A stretch of 64,000 nucleotides of DNA from Mobula birostris (Eukaryota): contig NC_092387.1 in NCBI RefSeq assembly GCF_030028105.1, positions 52,585,590 through 52,649,589 on the forward strand, in the 5' to 3' direction. The stretch's first letter is position 1. Each line of letters begins with the position of its first letter. The position numbers and the translations under genes were made by a program. Below are positions 52,337 through 64,000 of the stretch, piece after piece. The notes below the pieces were generated by a model, which searched no databases, was not told the origin of the DNA, and saw nothing but the letters and a program-made list of their open reading frames with translations.

Positions 52337-53989
52337 TAACATTCTAGTAAATTTCCTCTGTACTCTCTCTATTTTGTTGACATCTTTCCTATAATTCGGT
52401 GACCAGAACTGTACACAATACTCCAAATTTGGCCTCACCAATGCCTTGTACAATTTTAATATTACATCCCAACTCCTATACTCAATGCTCTGATTTATAA
52501 AGGCCAGCATACCAAAAGCTTTCTTCACCACCCTATCCACATGAGATTCCACCTTCAGGGAACTATGCACCATTATTCCTAGATCCCTCTGTTCTACTGC
52601 ATTCTTCAATGCCCTACCGTTTACCATGTATGTCCTATTTTGATTAGTCCTACCAAAATGTAGCACCTCACACTTATCAGCAAGTGAAAAAAAATAAACC
52701 AGTATCAATCTCACCCAGAAAAAGAGTCCTTCTGATAGTGCAGCCCTCCCTCAAGTCTTGAGTGGGATGTGGTCACATAGCCTTCAAATTCAGAAACAAA
52801 AGTACTCCCTGCTTAGCCACAACTGACACAGAAACACAAGTCACAAGTCCTTTTCAATATCTTTCTGTTTTTGGAAGTGGAGGAAGACAACTTACCAATT
52901 AGCTGTCACCATTTGGAAATATTACACAAAAGCTCAAAGTTGACCTAATGTAGACTTGACCCTACCCAGAGCAGACTTAATGAGCCGAAAGGCCTAATTC
53001 TTCCCCGATGTCTTATGGACCCAAATATGTGGACGCTAACCCTCAATTTATGTCACTCGAGTCACTGACAAAGAGGATGGTTCTCCTGCCTAGTTTCTCC
53101 TGTTCGCTAACCCACATTTCCTGCCATTGCCTGTATGTTCTCCCCACGCCCACGTGGGTTTCCTCCGGGTACTCCAGTTTCCTCCTACAGTCCAGAGAAG
53201 TACCAGCGGTAGGTTAATTAGTCATTGTAAATTTCCCATGACTAGGCCACAGTTAAATCAGGAGTTGCTGGTTGACGCAGCTAGTCCACACTCCACCTCA
53301 ATAGATAAATAAACAATACATCCATTCAGGAATAATGCTTCAGTAAATACCTGTTACTTGAAATAAGGAAATATTAATGTACTTGAGGTTTGCAAATCTT
53401 TGGAAATCCCCACCCCATGAATAACCTACCCCTCCTCCCACATCCATTCCCACCCCTATTTATTCAACAAAATCAATGCAATTATATTTGAGCCAAATGA
53501 ACAAGGTGAAGTGTTCACATCAGAGCCATAAGTTGCCATGGTAACTGAAATAATAGAACTACTCCGTTTCCAATCAGAAGTAACTGATCCCTTGATCACA
53601 ATACATTGGGCTGCACAGAAACTGGGTGAACAATGGGGGCAGTGTTCATAACTACTCCTTATTGCCAGGAGAGAAAGTTCAATGGTGATTGAAGAATTGA
53701 ATTACTGATATGGGCTTCCCATCAGATCAGTGATTTAGAGTGCATTGAAATAATTTAATGAAATTAAAGGAAGTTTACTGGAACTGAGGCAATGGAGAAT
53801 CAGGTCAGGTAACTGACAGCTACAGGCAAAAGGTTCCTGGAAGCACAAAAATTCAGACAGCAACTGCAGGGGGAGAAAGACAGATAATGTTTCAGTTTAA
53901 CACACGAGATGATGGAAGAACTCTGTGGGTCAGGCAGTATCTATGGAGCGAAATTGCAGGCCGAGTCGGTGGTAAGGAAGGTAAATTAC

Positions 53990-54605
53990 AGCATTCATTT
54001 TGAGAGGATTACAATATAAAATCAAGGATGTAACGCTGAGGCTTTGTAAGGCATTGGTCAGACCATATTTGGAGAATTAAGAGCAATTTTGAGCCACTTA
54101 TCTAAGAAAAGATGTGCTGGTGCTTGAGAGGGCCTGGAAGAGGTTCACGAGAGTGATTCCTGGAATGAGAGGGTTAACATATGGGCCTGAAGTTACTGGA
54201 GTTTAGAAGAAAGAGGAAAGACCTCATTGAAGCCTATCAAATATTAAAAGGCCCAGATAGAGTGGATGTGGGGAAGATGGTTCTCATAATGGAGGGGTCT
54301 AGGACCAGAGGGCACAGCTTCGGAATAGAGGGACATCCATTTAGAACAGAGATGAGGAGGAATCTCTTTAGGCAGAAGGTGGTGAATCTATGGAATTTAT
54401 TGCCACTGACAGTTATGAAGGCCAAATCATTGGGTATACTTAAAGCAGAGGTTGATAGGTTCTTGATTATTCAGGGTGCCAAAGGTTACAGGGAAAAGGC
54501 AGGAGAACAGGATTGAGAAGGATAATAAATCATCCATGATAAGATGGTAGAGTAGGCTCAACGGGCTAAATGGCCTAATTATGTTGCTAGGGCTTATGGT
54601 CTTAT
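53990..54605 (+). mobile_element. CR1 3' fragment
   Basis: SRTRGHSFGIEGHPFRTEMRRNLFRQKVVNLWNLLP. Confidence 0.85.
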
Positions 54606-55384
54606 GAAAATGGATAGTCTGTGTTTCATGTCAAGACCTTTCATCTGGATGGCGGAGAGAGTAGCGCACAGAATGTGGCTGGAGAACTGTTGGGTAAAAC
54701 AAGGAATCCTGTGCAAGAATCTAAGATCCTGGCTGGGAAGACCTAGAAATAAAGCTTGCGGAATGAGATGACAGGGAAGACAAGTACTGAGGAAAGACAA
54801 CTGGCTGTAGTAGTAAGTCTGAATGAGAGTGCGGTTGAAGGGCAGGAAGGTAGCGGAAATCACAGAACAGGAGCAGTGAGAGAGGGCCTCACAGAAATGC
54901 ATCAAAGAAAGCTTCTTCAAAGTGGGTATGTATTGAAGAGACCACAGTGTAACAGTAGTTTCAGGTAGGATACTCTCCACAGATGCCGCCTGACCTGAAC
55001 ATCTCCAGCATTTTCTGTTGCTTCAGGTCCCCAGCACATGCAAGGGAGTTTACTTTATCATTACAGTCTCGGTTACCGATTGGATAAAGGCCTTTTCCTT
55101 TCTTGGACGGGCATGACGTACAACACAGAGGGTGAGTTACTGTGCTGGAAATTGAACTCATTTCTTTCCATATGAATCATGCAAGAGGTCATCCCAGCCC
55201 TCAAACTCTTGATTAATATCTCAGCCACAAAGATTCACTCCAGGCCAACCTACCTTCCATCATTTGCAGGGTGAGCTCAAAGCACAGTGAGTCCTGCATA
55301 TCATGTACTGATTATTCCAACCTTTTGGTGGTTCTTTCCCAAGTGTATTTCTATAATCTGACACTGGGTCAAATTAATTCAGTT

Positions 55385-55792
55385 CTTTGCTATTGCTCAT
55401 TCTGGTTCCCCTCACATCCCTTCTCTTCATCTCATCTGCCCAACACCTCCCCCTGGCCCCCCCTCCTCCTTCCCTTTCTCCCATGATCCACTCTACTCTC
55501 CTATCAGATTCTTTCTTCTTCAGCCCTTTACCTTTTTCCACCTGTCACTTGTCAGCTTCTTACTTCACACCCCTTCCCCATCCACCCACCTTCTCCTCCA
55601 CAAGGTTTCACGTATCACCTGCCAGCCTGTATTCCTTCCCCTCCCCTACTTTCTTATACTGGTTTCTTCCCCCTTCCTTTCCAGTCTGAAAGAAGGGACT
55701 CAGCCTGAAACATCGATTGTTTATTCCTCTCCAGAGATGATGCCTGACCACCATCTATGGAGTTCCTGCACCATTTTGTATGTGTTGCTCTC
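55385..55792 (+). mobile_element. PLE terminal repeat with degenerate hammerhead
   Basis: CT-rich repeat then ccagtctgaaagaagggactcagcctgaaacatcgattg. Confidence 0.7.
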
Positions 55793-57004
55793 GATTCTTT
55801 GCATGTTTACCCGTAGTTTTCCAAAATGTTATTTCTTTCCTGATACTTCCTTTTAACAGGTACTTCATCTTTTTGTGCCTAGTTTATGACTGAGGGACAT
55901 CATGAAACAGCATACCTTGCTTCCCATCCCTCTACACGTGGGAATCAATTGAGTTATTTACAGATTCAGTCACAGAACATGCCTGACAAAGCCACTCTTT
56001 ACTCTAATTCTGGATGGGTCCTGAAATGAGCGGGTAGTTGAGAGCCAACAGATTTTGTTGACCTGGTGTCTAACAGGGGCTAAATTCTATTGTATGTCTT
56101 TATATTTACTGAGTATGCCTGCAAGAAAATGAAACTCAGAGTAGTTTATGGTGATATATATGTTCTTTGATAATAAATTTACTTTAAACTTTGAAAATAA
56201 TTGGGCAGGTTCAGCAGATTTCCTGCCAGAAAGACATGAATAAACCAACAGTTTTATTTAAAAAATAGTTCCCAACACTTGGTTATTTTTCCCAATTTGT
56301 TTATTGACAAATTTAAACCTTCAGTCATAATGGGATATGAATTTATTAATGCAGACTAATATTCCTGGCGAACTACTCTAGAAGATATGGCGGCAGAGTG
56401 TCAGATGGGTTGTGTTATTGGACTAATAATTCTAGTTCTATTGATTCATCTGTTTAAATCTCACCCCATTAAGTATAATTTTTAATTCATTAAATCAATC
56501 TGAAATTAAAGAATGCTTATGAAATTACATAATCATTATCAATTTCCTTGAGCTTGCTAAAGAAGTTATCATAATTAGCTGGCCTGTTGCAGAGCATTGT
56601 GGTGCATCTTCAGAAATAACTTTAGCATTGTGACCATAAAGCTACCAGATTGCCATAGAAACATGCCCTGAGAAGGATCCTGCAACCCTTACCAGTCCGG
56701 GTATGTGATTCCAGACCCTCCAATGTGGCTGACTCTTAACAGCCTGCTGAAATTATGTGGCAAGTAACTCAATCAAAAGGGCCATTAGGGATAGGGAATA
56801 AATGTTAGTATTTACCAGCAACACCACAGCCACGAATATATCAGCAAATGGAGACGTACCCTAAGAAACCTCATCCAATTTATCAGCACATTCCACACAG
56901 ACACATTTCTCCTGGACTGCAGTCCTAAATTCTATCATACTTCATTTGATTACAGCCCAACTTTTTGCACTACTTATGCATATAAATAGAAAACCACAAA
57001 AGTA

Positions 57005-57061
57005 CACCCATTGGCCACTTTATTAGGTGCAGGAGGTACCGAATAAAGTGGCCATTGAGTG
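57005..57061. mobile_element. 57-bp Tc1-derived micro-MITE
   Basis: cacccattggccactttatt...aataaagtggccattgagtg, preceded by TA. Confidence 0.75.
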
Positions 57062-57199
57062 TCTATTTCTCATTGCAATTTATTGTCTATTTAATGCATT
57101 GCACTGTACTGCTGCCATGAAACATCAAATTTCATTACATATTCCAGTGATAATAAACCTGATTCTAATTCTGATTCCAATTCACTCACCAGGATCAAA

Positions 57200-57622
57200 A
57201 TAAGGTGCAGAAAGTTGTGAACTCTGTCAGCTCCGTCATGAGCACCAGCCTCCCAAGCATCCAGGACATCTTCAAGAAGCGATGTCTCAAAACGGCAGCA
57301 CCCATCACTAAGGACCCCCATCGCCCAGGACATGCCATCTTCTCCTTGCTACCATCAGGAAGGAGGTACAGGAGACTGAAGGCACACATTTAGCAATTCA
57401 GAAATGGCTTCTTCCCCTCTGCCATCAGATTTCTGAATGGACGTTGAACCTACAAATACGACCTCAATACCTTTTCGCACTACTTATTTAATTTAACTAT
57501 TACATATATGTATATATACGTAATTCACATTTTTTATTATATATTGTAATGTGTTGCTGCTGCAAAACAACATTATTTCTCGACATATGCCAGTGATATT
57601 AAACATGATTTTGATTCTGATC
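57200..57622 (+). mobile_element. Rex1/Babar 3' end
   Basis: QKVVNSVSSVMSTSLPSIQDIFKKRCLKTAAPITKDPHRPGHAIFSLLPSGRRYR. Confidence 0.85.
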
Positions 57623-57803
57623 CATTTTCAACATTCTACTGGATCTGAGTCTATTATTCTCATTTTATTATGTTACATTGCTAATGTATTTCCCATTGGT
57701 AAATAAAACACTGTGAGTTATTTTTCTTTAAGAATTCTAGTTTACAGTTGTTAGTATTCCAGGGATCTGTTTTGTGGCAAGAAAGAAATATGACTACGTT
57801 TAT

Positions 57804-58704
57804 AAAAGTTGCTGGTGAACGCAGCAGGACAGGCAGCATCTCTTAGAAGAGGTGCAGTCGACGCTTCGGGCCGAGAGCCTTCGTCGGGACTAACTGAAAG
57901 AAGAGCTAGTCAGAGATTTGAAAGTGTGAGGGGGAGGGGGAGATCCAAAATGATAGGAGAAGACAGGAGGGGGAGGGATGGAGCCAAGAGCTGGACAGGT
58001 GATTGGCAAAAGGGATGTGAGAAGATCATGGGACGGGAGGCCTAGGGAGAAAGAAAGGGGGGAGAGCCCAGAGGATGGGCAATAACGGATGGGGTACGAG
58101 GGGGAGGTGGGGCATTAATGGAAGTTAGAGAAGTCAATGTTCATGCCATCACGTTGGAGGCTACCCAGACGGAATATAAGGTGTTGTTCCTCCAACCTGA
58201 GTGTGGCTTCATCTTTACAATAGAGGAGGCCGTGGATAGACATATCAGAATAGGAATGGGACGTGGAATTAAAATGTGTGGCCACTGGGAGATCCTGCTT
58301 TCTCTGGCGGACAGAGCGTTGACTTCTCTAACTTCCATTAATGCCCAACTCCCCCTCATACCCCATCCGTTATTGCCCATCCTCTGGGCTTCCCCCCTCT
58401 CCCTTTCTTTCTCCCTAGGCCTCCCGTCCCATGATCCTCTCATATCCCTTTTGCCAATCACCTGTCCAGCTCTTGGCTTCATCCCTCCCCCTCCTGTCTT
58501 CTCCTATCATTTTGGATCTCCCCCTCCCCCTCACACTTTCAAATCTCTTACTAGCTCTTCTTTCAGTTAGTCCTGACGAAGGGTCTCGGCCCGAAACGTC
58601 GACTGTACCTCTTCCTAGAGATGCTGCCTGGCCTGCTGCGTTCACCAGCAACTTTTACATGTGTTGCTTGAAATTCCAGCATCTGCAGATTTCCTCGTGT
58701 TGGC
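57804..58704. mobile_element. Fold-back (inverted) PLE insertion
   Basis: Arms ~57805-58140 and 58320-58655 are reverse complements; TSD atgacta(c/t)gtttat 57790-57803 / 58705-58718. Confidence 0.9.
58569..58604 (+). ncRNA. Minimal type I hammerhead ribozyme (intact core)
   Basis: Stem I agtc/gact; CUGACGA plus extra A; stem II gggt-ctcg-gccc; GAAA; palindromic ACGU in place of stem III; GUC cleavage triplet at 58598-58600. Confidence 0.8.
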
Positions 58705-61202
58705 ATGACTATGTTTATTATTGTCCTCAGCAGTACAACTCATCACAAATGTAAGTACTAAAACAATTGAACTTCACACTCATCATGTAATAAACTTGAT
58801 CAAATCCTGCTCCTCTAAGGTGAAGACTTGTTCTGGCCATCTTATTTTCAACTTTGAACTTTGAACCTTAACCTACCTGCCTCAACCTAAGAATTAATCT
58901 TCTCTGTTTCTGTGTTGCACAAGGTAAAAATAATTTACTTAAGTAATTAATGATGCAATGTCCCACTCAACAGAATGTTCGAACACATTCAGTTTTACTT
59001 GGGCTTTTTTTGCATGTCATTTGAGAATAACAACTTCACATTGAAGTTAACTATGTCCAAGTTAAGTTGAACCAGTCTCTGTGAGTGCATGATACAAGAT
59101 AGTCCCTCCTGTAACCTATTGCCAGGCAGTCATTTACAGTGAAATTAAAAAGAAACAGAATGCAAAAAATACTCACCAGATCAAGTAGCATCTATGGAGG
59201 CAGAAGATCAATGAAGTTCATTAAAGCTGATCAAAGCTAGGAGACAAAAGAGGTCCTAATCAAGGGTAATTGCAGAAAGGCGGAAAGAACAGGTCTGCAT
59301 TCAGTTGGAAGACAAGAGAATAAAGGGAAAGAGGTAACAGCACAAAACGAGGAGGTGAGAGGACGAGTTAAGGAAATAAATGTTGAACCTAAGGAAGGGC
59401 AAATCGTGTGAGAATTACTATCAGCATCCACTGCGTAATACTGAAACCATACATTCTCATAACAGGAAATGCATCAGGGTGTCACCCTGCAATTTAAAGG
59501 AACGTTTTACATATAAACAATAGAAGGAGGTGCAGAAGCCTCAGGACACACATCACCAGGTCTGGAACAGTTATTACCTCTCAACCTTCAGCCTTCTGGA
59601 CCAGAGGGGATAACTTCACTCAATACTGAACTGCTTCCTCATCCTATGGACTCACTTTCAAGGACTCTTCATCTCACGTTCTCGATACGTATTGCTTATT
59701 TATTTATTATGTTCATTTTGTTCTCTTTTTCTATTTGCACAGTTTTGTTTGTCCATAAGGTTGTGTGTGTTTTTTTTTCATTGCTTCCTTTGTGTTTCTT
59801 TGTATTTACTGAGAGTACCTGCAAGAAAATGAATCTCAGTGTGATATATAGTATACTTTGAACTTTGAGGGTGCAGATAAGCCCACAGTGTCAGTCCTAA
59901 TCTACCTGATTCCACAACCCATGGACTTACTTTCAAGAACACTGCAACTCATATTCTCAGTTATTTATTTATTATTATTGTTATTGTTGTTTTTTGTATT
60001 TGCATAGTTTTGTCTTTTTTTGCACATTGGGTGTTTGTGTGTCTTTGTGGTGTGTGCTTACATTGATTCTAATGTATTTCTTTGTTCTACTGTGAATGTC
60101 CATAAGAAAATGAATCTCAGGGTGGCATATGGTGACATACAGTATGTACTTTAATTATAACTTTATTTTGATCTTTGAAAACATTTTCTAAAGTGCCAAA
60201 CACCACAAATATAGCTTTTGCCCAGATTAAGTGTTCAGATCCTATATAGACTATTTTGTTGATTGCTTGTGATCTGCACCTTTGTATCCAGTGGTTTCTA
60301 GCTCTCACCTGTAAATAAACTGAAGAGATCAACAGATTGCTGGAGGAACTCAGCAGGTCAGGCTGCACATCTGGAAGCAGAGGAGTGGTTGATGTTTTGG
60401 GTCAAGATACTGCATCAGGCCATGTTTACTTGCCCCGGATCCCAGCATCTGCAGTCTTTTGGATCTCCATGGGAATGCAATAATTCTATTACGAGGCAAT
60501 TATTTAATAATTTAAAAAACACCTGAGATTGCAGATGCTGGGATCTAGAACTACAAATAGTCTGCTGGAGGAACTCAGCGAGTCAGGCAGCATTTGCCTG
60601 AAGGACTGTTCGAGCGTGTGGGTTGGTGGAAGGGAGGAAAGCAGCTTCTTTTGCTGTTGTTGGTTTGTTGCTTATTGTATTCTATATTATTGTTGTTCTG
60701 CTGAGTATTGAGGGCATGCTATGTTGGGCGCCAGAGTGTGTGCTGACACTTACGGGCTGGCCCCAACACATCCTGTTGGTTGTTAATGCAAATAACGCAT
60801 TTCCTTGTAGGCCTCAATGGATGTGTGATAAATAAATGTGAATTTGAGACTGTGTGGGTAAAGCAATTGTCGATGTTGTGGCTCAAAACCCTACGTCAGG
60901 CTCTGAAACATCAACAGTTCCTTTCCCCCTACAAATGCTGCTTGACTTGCTGTGTTCTTCCTGTAGAGAATATAATTGTAACATTTGATAGCTAAAACCC
61001 AGAACATTTTTGATAACCTCCTACATCCTTTCCCCTATGAGCCAATGTCAGGGATTCAATGCATGAATCCAAAATATTTTAATACATTTGGGTGAGGGAA
61101 TGGGTATAAAATGCCATAGTTTAAATACATTCATTATCAAAGTATGTGCGCAGCATACGATCCTGAGGCTTGCCTTCCCCACAGACAGCCATGAAACAGG
61201 CC

Positions 61203-61450
61203 GGCTGGTGGCGCAATGGCATCAGCGCCAGACTCCAGAGCAAAGGCTCCCGAGTTCGAATCCAAGTCGGGCCACCCCCCAAGCACGCTTTCCATCCGCG
61301 CTGGGTTGAGCGTCGAGCTAGCCACTCAGCCTCGTAATAAAAAAAAGGGGCGAGTCAGGAACGTTCATATCGTGACCCGGTTAATCTGAAAGGAGACCAA
61401 TCCTGACAGCTCGCACCAGACAAGAACGGCTGACTGTCTGGCACAACACG
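61203..61450 (+). mobile_element. Young tRNA-derived SINE
   Basis: A box tggcgcaatgg, B box gagttcgaatcc, CpG-rich body. Confidence 0.7.
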
Positions 61451-62465
61451 CAAAAAAAAAAAACCATGAAACCAAGAAAACCATGGAACCCATTCAAGGA
61501 AAACATCAGTCCCCACCCATGCGTGAAAAAAATACAGAAATGGCAACAAAAAAAAACCAAGTGAAAAACACTACATAAACCACAAAATCAAAAGAATTCA
61601 GGCATAATTCAGTTCAGCTCAAGCTCAGTGTTCGTTATCTGCAGGCCACCGCAATTCAATGTTATCCAAACTAGCAACAGAAAAAGGTGTGACCAGAAAC
61701 CAAAAACACATCATAACGTGAACTACAGAGTACAACCCACAAACCATCCTCTAATAGCATCGAGGGAGAGGGAGCAAGTCTATTCGAACATAGGGACTCT
61801 CCATCAGGAGCTGTGAGCAAGATGGAGAGAAAGACTGTCACACGCAAACACCTTCCACCAACAGCAGCGACTGACAGGCTAGTAGATGGCGCTGAACACT
61901 CACTCGCCTCGATGTTTTCAGCCTTCCTCAATGCTTTAATCAGTGAGAAATGGGGTTGATCACGGGCTTGCACCCCTTCTCCAAGCACTTGGTCCCCAGG
62001 CCACTCAACTCCTGGAACCCTCTCGGAGACAGCAAAGCACCAGATCACTCAATCAGCCTGGTAACACACCATCAAACTGGAGACCACAGGCTCCAACAGT
62101 ACCACAACCATGTTTGAAAGAAAACAAAGATGTAAAAGAAGTGACCATCTAAAGGATACCGCTCTTGGTCACCTTGATTGCTGGTGTCATCTTCACCTCG
62201 ATATCAGATTTACTTTTCCAGGTTTTGTTCTGCTAGATAACATGGACTCAAAGAACAAACTACGGAATGTGTCCCGTCAAACATTCTGAACCAGGAGCTT
62301 CAAAAGAAACCTGGCAGAGCTCTCACATTGCAAACAAGTGATCACGTAATACGAATGGACTACTCTCTCCAATACAAGGAGTGAGAAAGTGCGATGAGCT
62401 CTGTGTTTCTTTACAGTAATTGATTTTATTTTCTGGACTGCTGCGAACCCCATTTAAACTACACT

Positions 62466-62551
62466 CACAACACACTGGAGGAACTCAGCAGGTCGGGCAG
62501 CATCCGTGGAAATGATCAGTCAACGTTTTGGGCTGGAACCCTTCGTCAGGA
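62466..62551 (-). mobile_element. 86-bp hammerhead-plus-tail insertion
   Basis: 17-bp TSD cccatttaaactacact (62449-62465 / 62552-62568); minus strand (g)tcctgacgaagggttccagcccaaaacgttgactg. Confidence 0.85.
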
Positions 62552-62894
62552 CCCATTTAAACTACACTTTGCAATTCCTTGTACAAGGATTTTGTTGATA
62601 AATTATAGCCTTGTTTGGCAGAATGCTATTTCCCTGGTTGGTGGAATATTCTTTTCAGCATCATTTAATGCTACCTTTTTAGCAAAATATAAAACCCCAC
62701 CCTCACTCATTATTCCTCAGTTACAGTATTTGGGATCGTAATGGTGTGTGCATCAAAGGTCATCCCCTCATCTGTCTGGTTACATAACTCCTGCCCCATC
62801 TGTCTAAGTGTGAGTGGTTCCCCCATCAACCACATCAGACATCTCAGAATCCACAAAACTGAAATAGAAACCAGTCATCTTATTCCCCAGGGAC

Positions 62895-63142
62895 TGTGAG
62901 TGAGTGAGTGAGTAAGTGAGAGAATGAGGGAGTGAGTGAGAGGTGGAGAGAAAGAGAGAGAGCGTAAGAAGAAGGAGGAGAAAGAAGAAGGGGAGGTAGA
63001 GGGAGAGAAAGAAAGGGGCGAGGGTGGTGGAGAGAGAAAGAAAAAGGAAGAGAAAGAAAGTAGGAGATAGAGGCTGAAGAGGGGAGAGAGTGAGTGAGAG
63101 AGAGAATGAGAAACAGAGATAATGAATGAGAGAGAGAGAAGA
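62895..63142. repeat. Polypurine (GA-rich) low-complexity tract
   Basis: Direct reading. Confidence 0.9.
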
Positions 63143-63415
63143 GTCTTGTTTCATGTTTCATTATAGCTGTGAAAAAGCCCAAATTTTACTATGAATTAAT
63201 CATCTGAGAGTAAGGGTCTAACATGTTTCTTACTTAACCAATCCACACTGCCTCATGTTTAATTGTGTTTAATTGATGTTTAATTAACATTTTTCTTGAG
63301 AATGCTGCTTATCGGATACTTGTGCCTGTGATGTTGCTGAAAGTAAGTTTTTCATCTCACCTGTCCGTAAATGTACTTGTGCATATGATAGTAAACTCAC
63401 CTTCAACTTTTGACT

Positions 63416-63660
63416 CAAACAACAGAAATTCTGCAGATGCTGGAAATTCAAGCAACACATATCAAAGTTGCTGGTGAACACAGCAGGCCAGGCAGCATCT
63501 CTAGGAAGAGGTGCAGTCGATGTTTCAGGCCGAGACCCTTCGTCAGGACTCTTCCTTCAGTTAGTCCTGACGAAGGGTCTCGGCCTGAAACGTCAACTGC
63601 ACCTCTTCCTAGAGATGCTGCCTGGCCTGCTGCGTTCACCAGCAACTTTGATGTGTGTTG
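63416..63660. mobile_element. Palindromic PLE mini-element with two hammerheads on opposite strands
   Basis: 15-bp TSD cttcaacttttgact (63401-63415 / 63661-63675); 101-bp arms 63450-63550 / 63563-63663. Confidence 0.9.
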
Positions 63661-64000
63661 CTTCAACTTTTGACTACACATTCTTGGAACAGATACACAT
63701 GACAACTTAGACTGAAAATTTCAAATTAAGAACTTCTCAGAATAGGTAACGTCAGCATTCCCATATTCCCGATTGGACCACGCACTGAGTGCATACAGCA
63801 GACTTACGAGTCACAACATTGGAGGGCCAGATCATTGCAAGGTACTCTCCTGCTCAACCTGAGAATTAGCCAGACCACTTAAAGCCTGGACTGTAAAAGG
63901 ACAAACATGGTGTACTACAAAGGTTATAGGGTGCCTCGATGCATCACAATGTCACAGAAAAAGGTCCTAAAGCCAACCAAGTCCTCATTGACCACTCGAA

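Larger units (their letters stand above)
50138..52682 (-). mobile_element. Young CR1 3' fragment split by a Penelope insertion
   Basis: KCEVLHFG...LYKALVRPNLEYCVQFWSP..IERVQRKFTRML resumes as FQHLSYRERLNKLGLYSLE; (aaccatat)n tail. Confidence 0.9.

Noticed and set aside
62700-62850. Minus-strand exon FVDSEMSDVVDGGTTHT*
   Set aside because: Plausible acceptor, but early stop, no recognisable homology and no linkable exon.
62804-63182. Leu/Ser/Phe-rich membrane-like ORFs
   Set aside because: Translation of a CT/GA low-complexity tract.
1-64000. CRISPR array, prokaryotic operon or antigen-receptor RSS cluster
   Set aside because: No regularly spaced repeats, no long ORFs, and no V/D/J segments with paired heptamer-nonamer signals were seen.

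Overview
Eukaryotic, repeat-saturated genomic DNA. The repeat families (V-SINE/HE1-like SINEs, CR1, Rex1/Babar, Neptune-type Penelope-like elements, Tc1 and hAT MITEs) point to a cartilaginous fish, probably a ray (inference). There are two assembly gaps, and no intact, recognisable protein-coding gene, rRNA, true tRNA or CRISPR array; almost all listed ORFs are TE remnants or chance ORFs. The strongest signal is a family of Penelope-like element (PLE) terminal repeats carrying a minimal type I hammerhead ribozyme (CUGAnGA-A-stemII-GAAA-CGUC). About 20 copies are visible, at least one with a perfect core (58569-58604). They occur in a partial PLE with GIY-YIG endonuclease, in fold-back mini-elements with a ribozyme on each strand and 14-17 bp TSDs, and in an 86-bp ribozyme-plus-tail insertion. 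Also present: locally templated insertions (a 40-bp direct and a 62-bp inverted copy from kb away), nested hAT MITEs, a three-TIR Tc1 derivative, a solo LTR, and a CpG-enriched promoter-like island with a perfect NF-kB site. A speculative minus-strand chain of small exons could encode a ~58-aa peptide. TE family names come from motif recognition, not database searches, and repeat boundaries are approximate unless a TSD or TIR is quoted.
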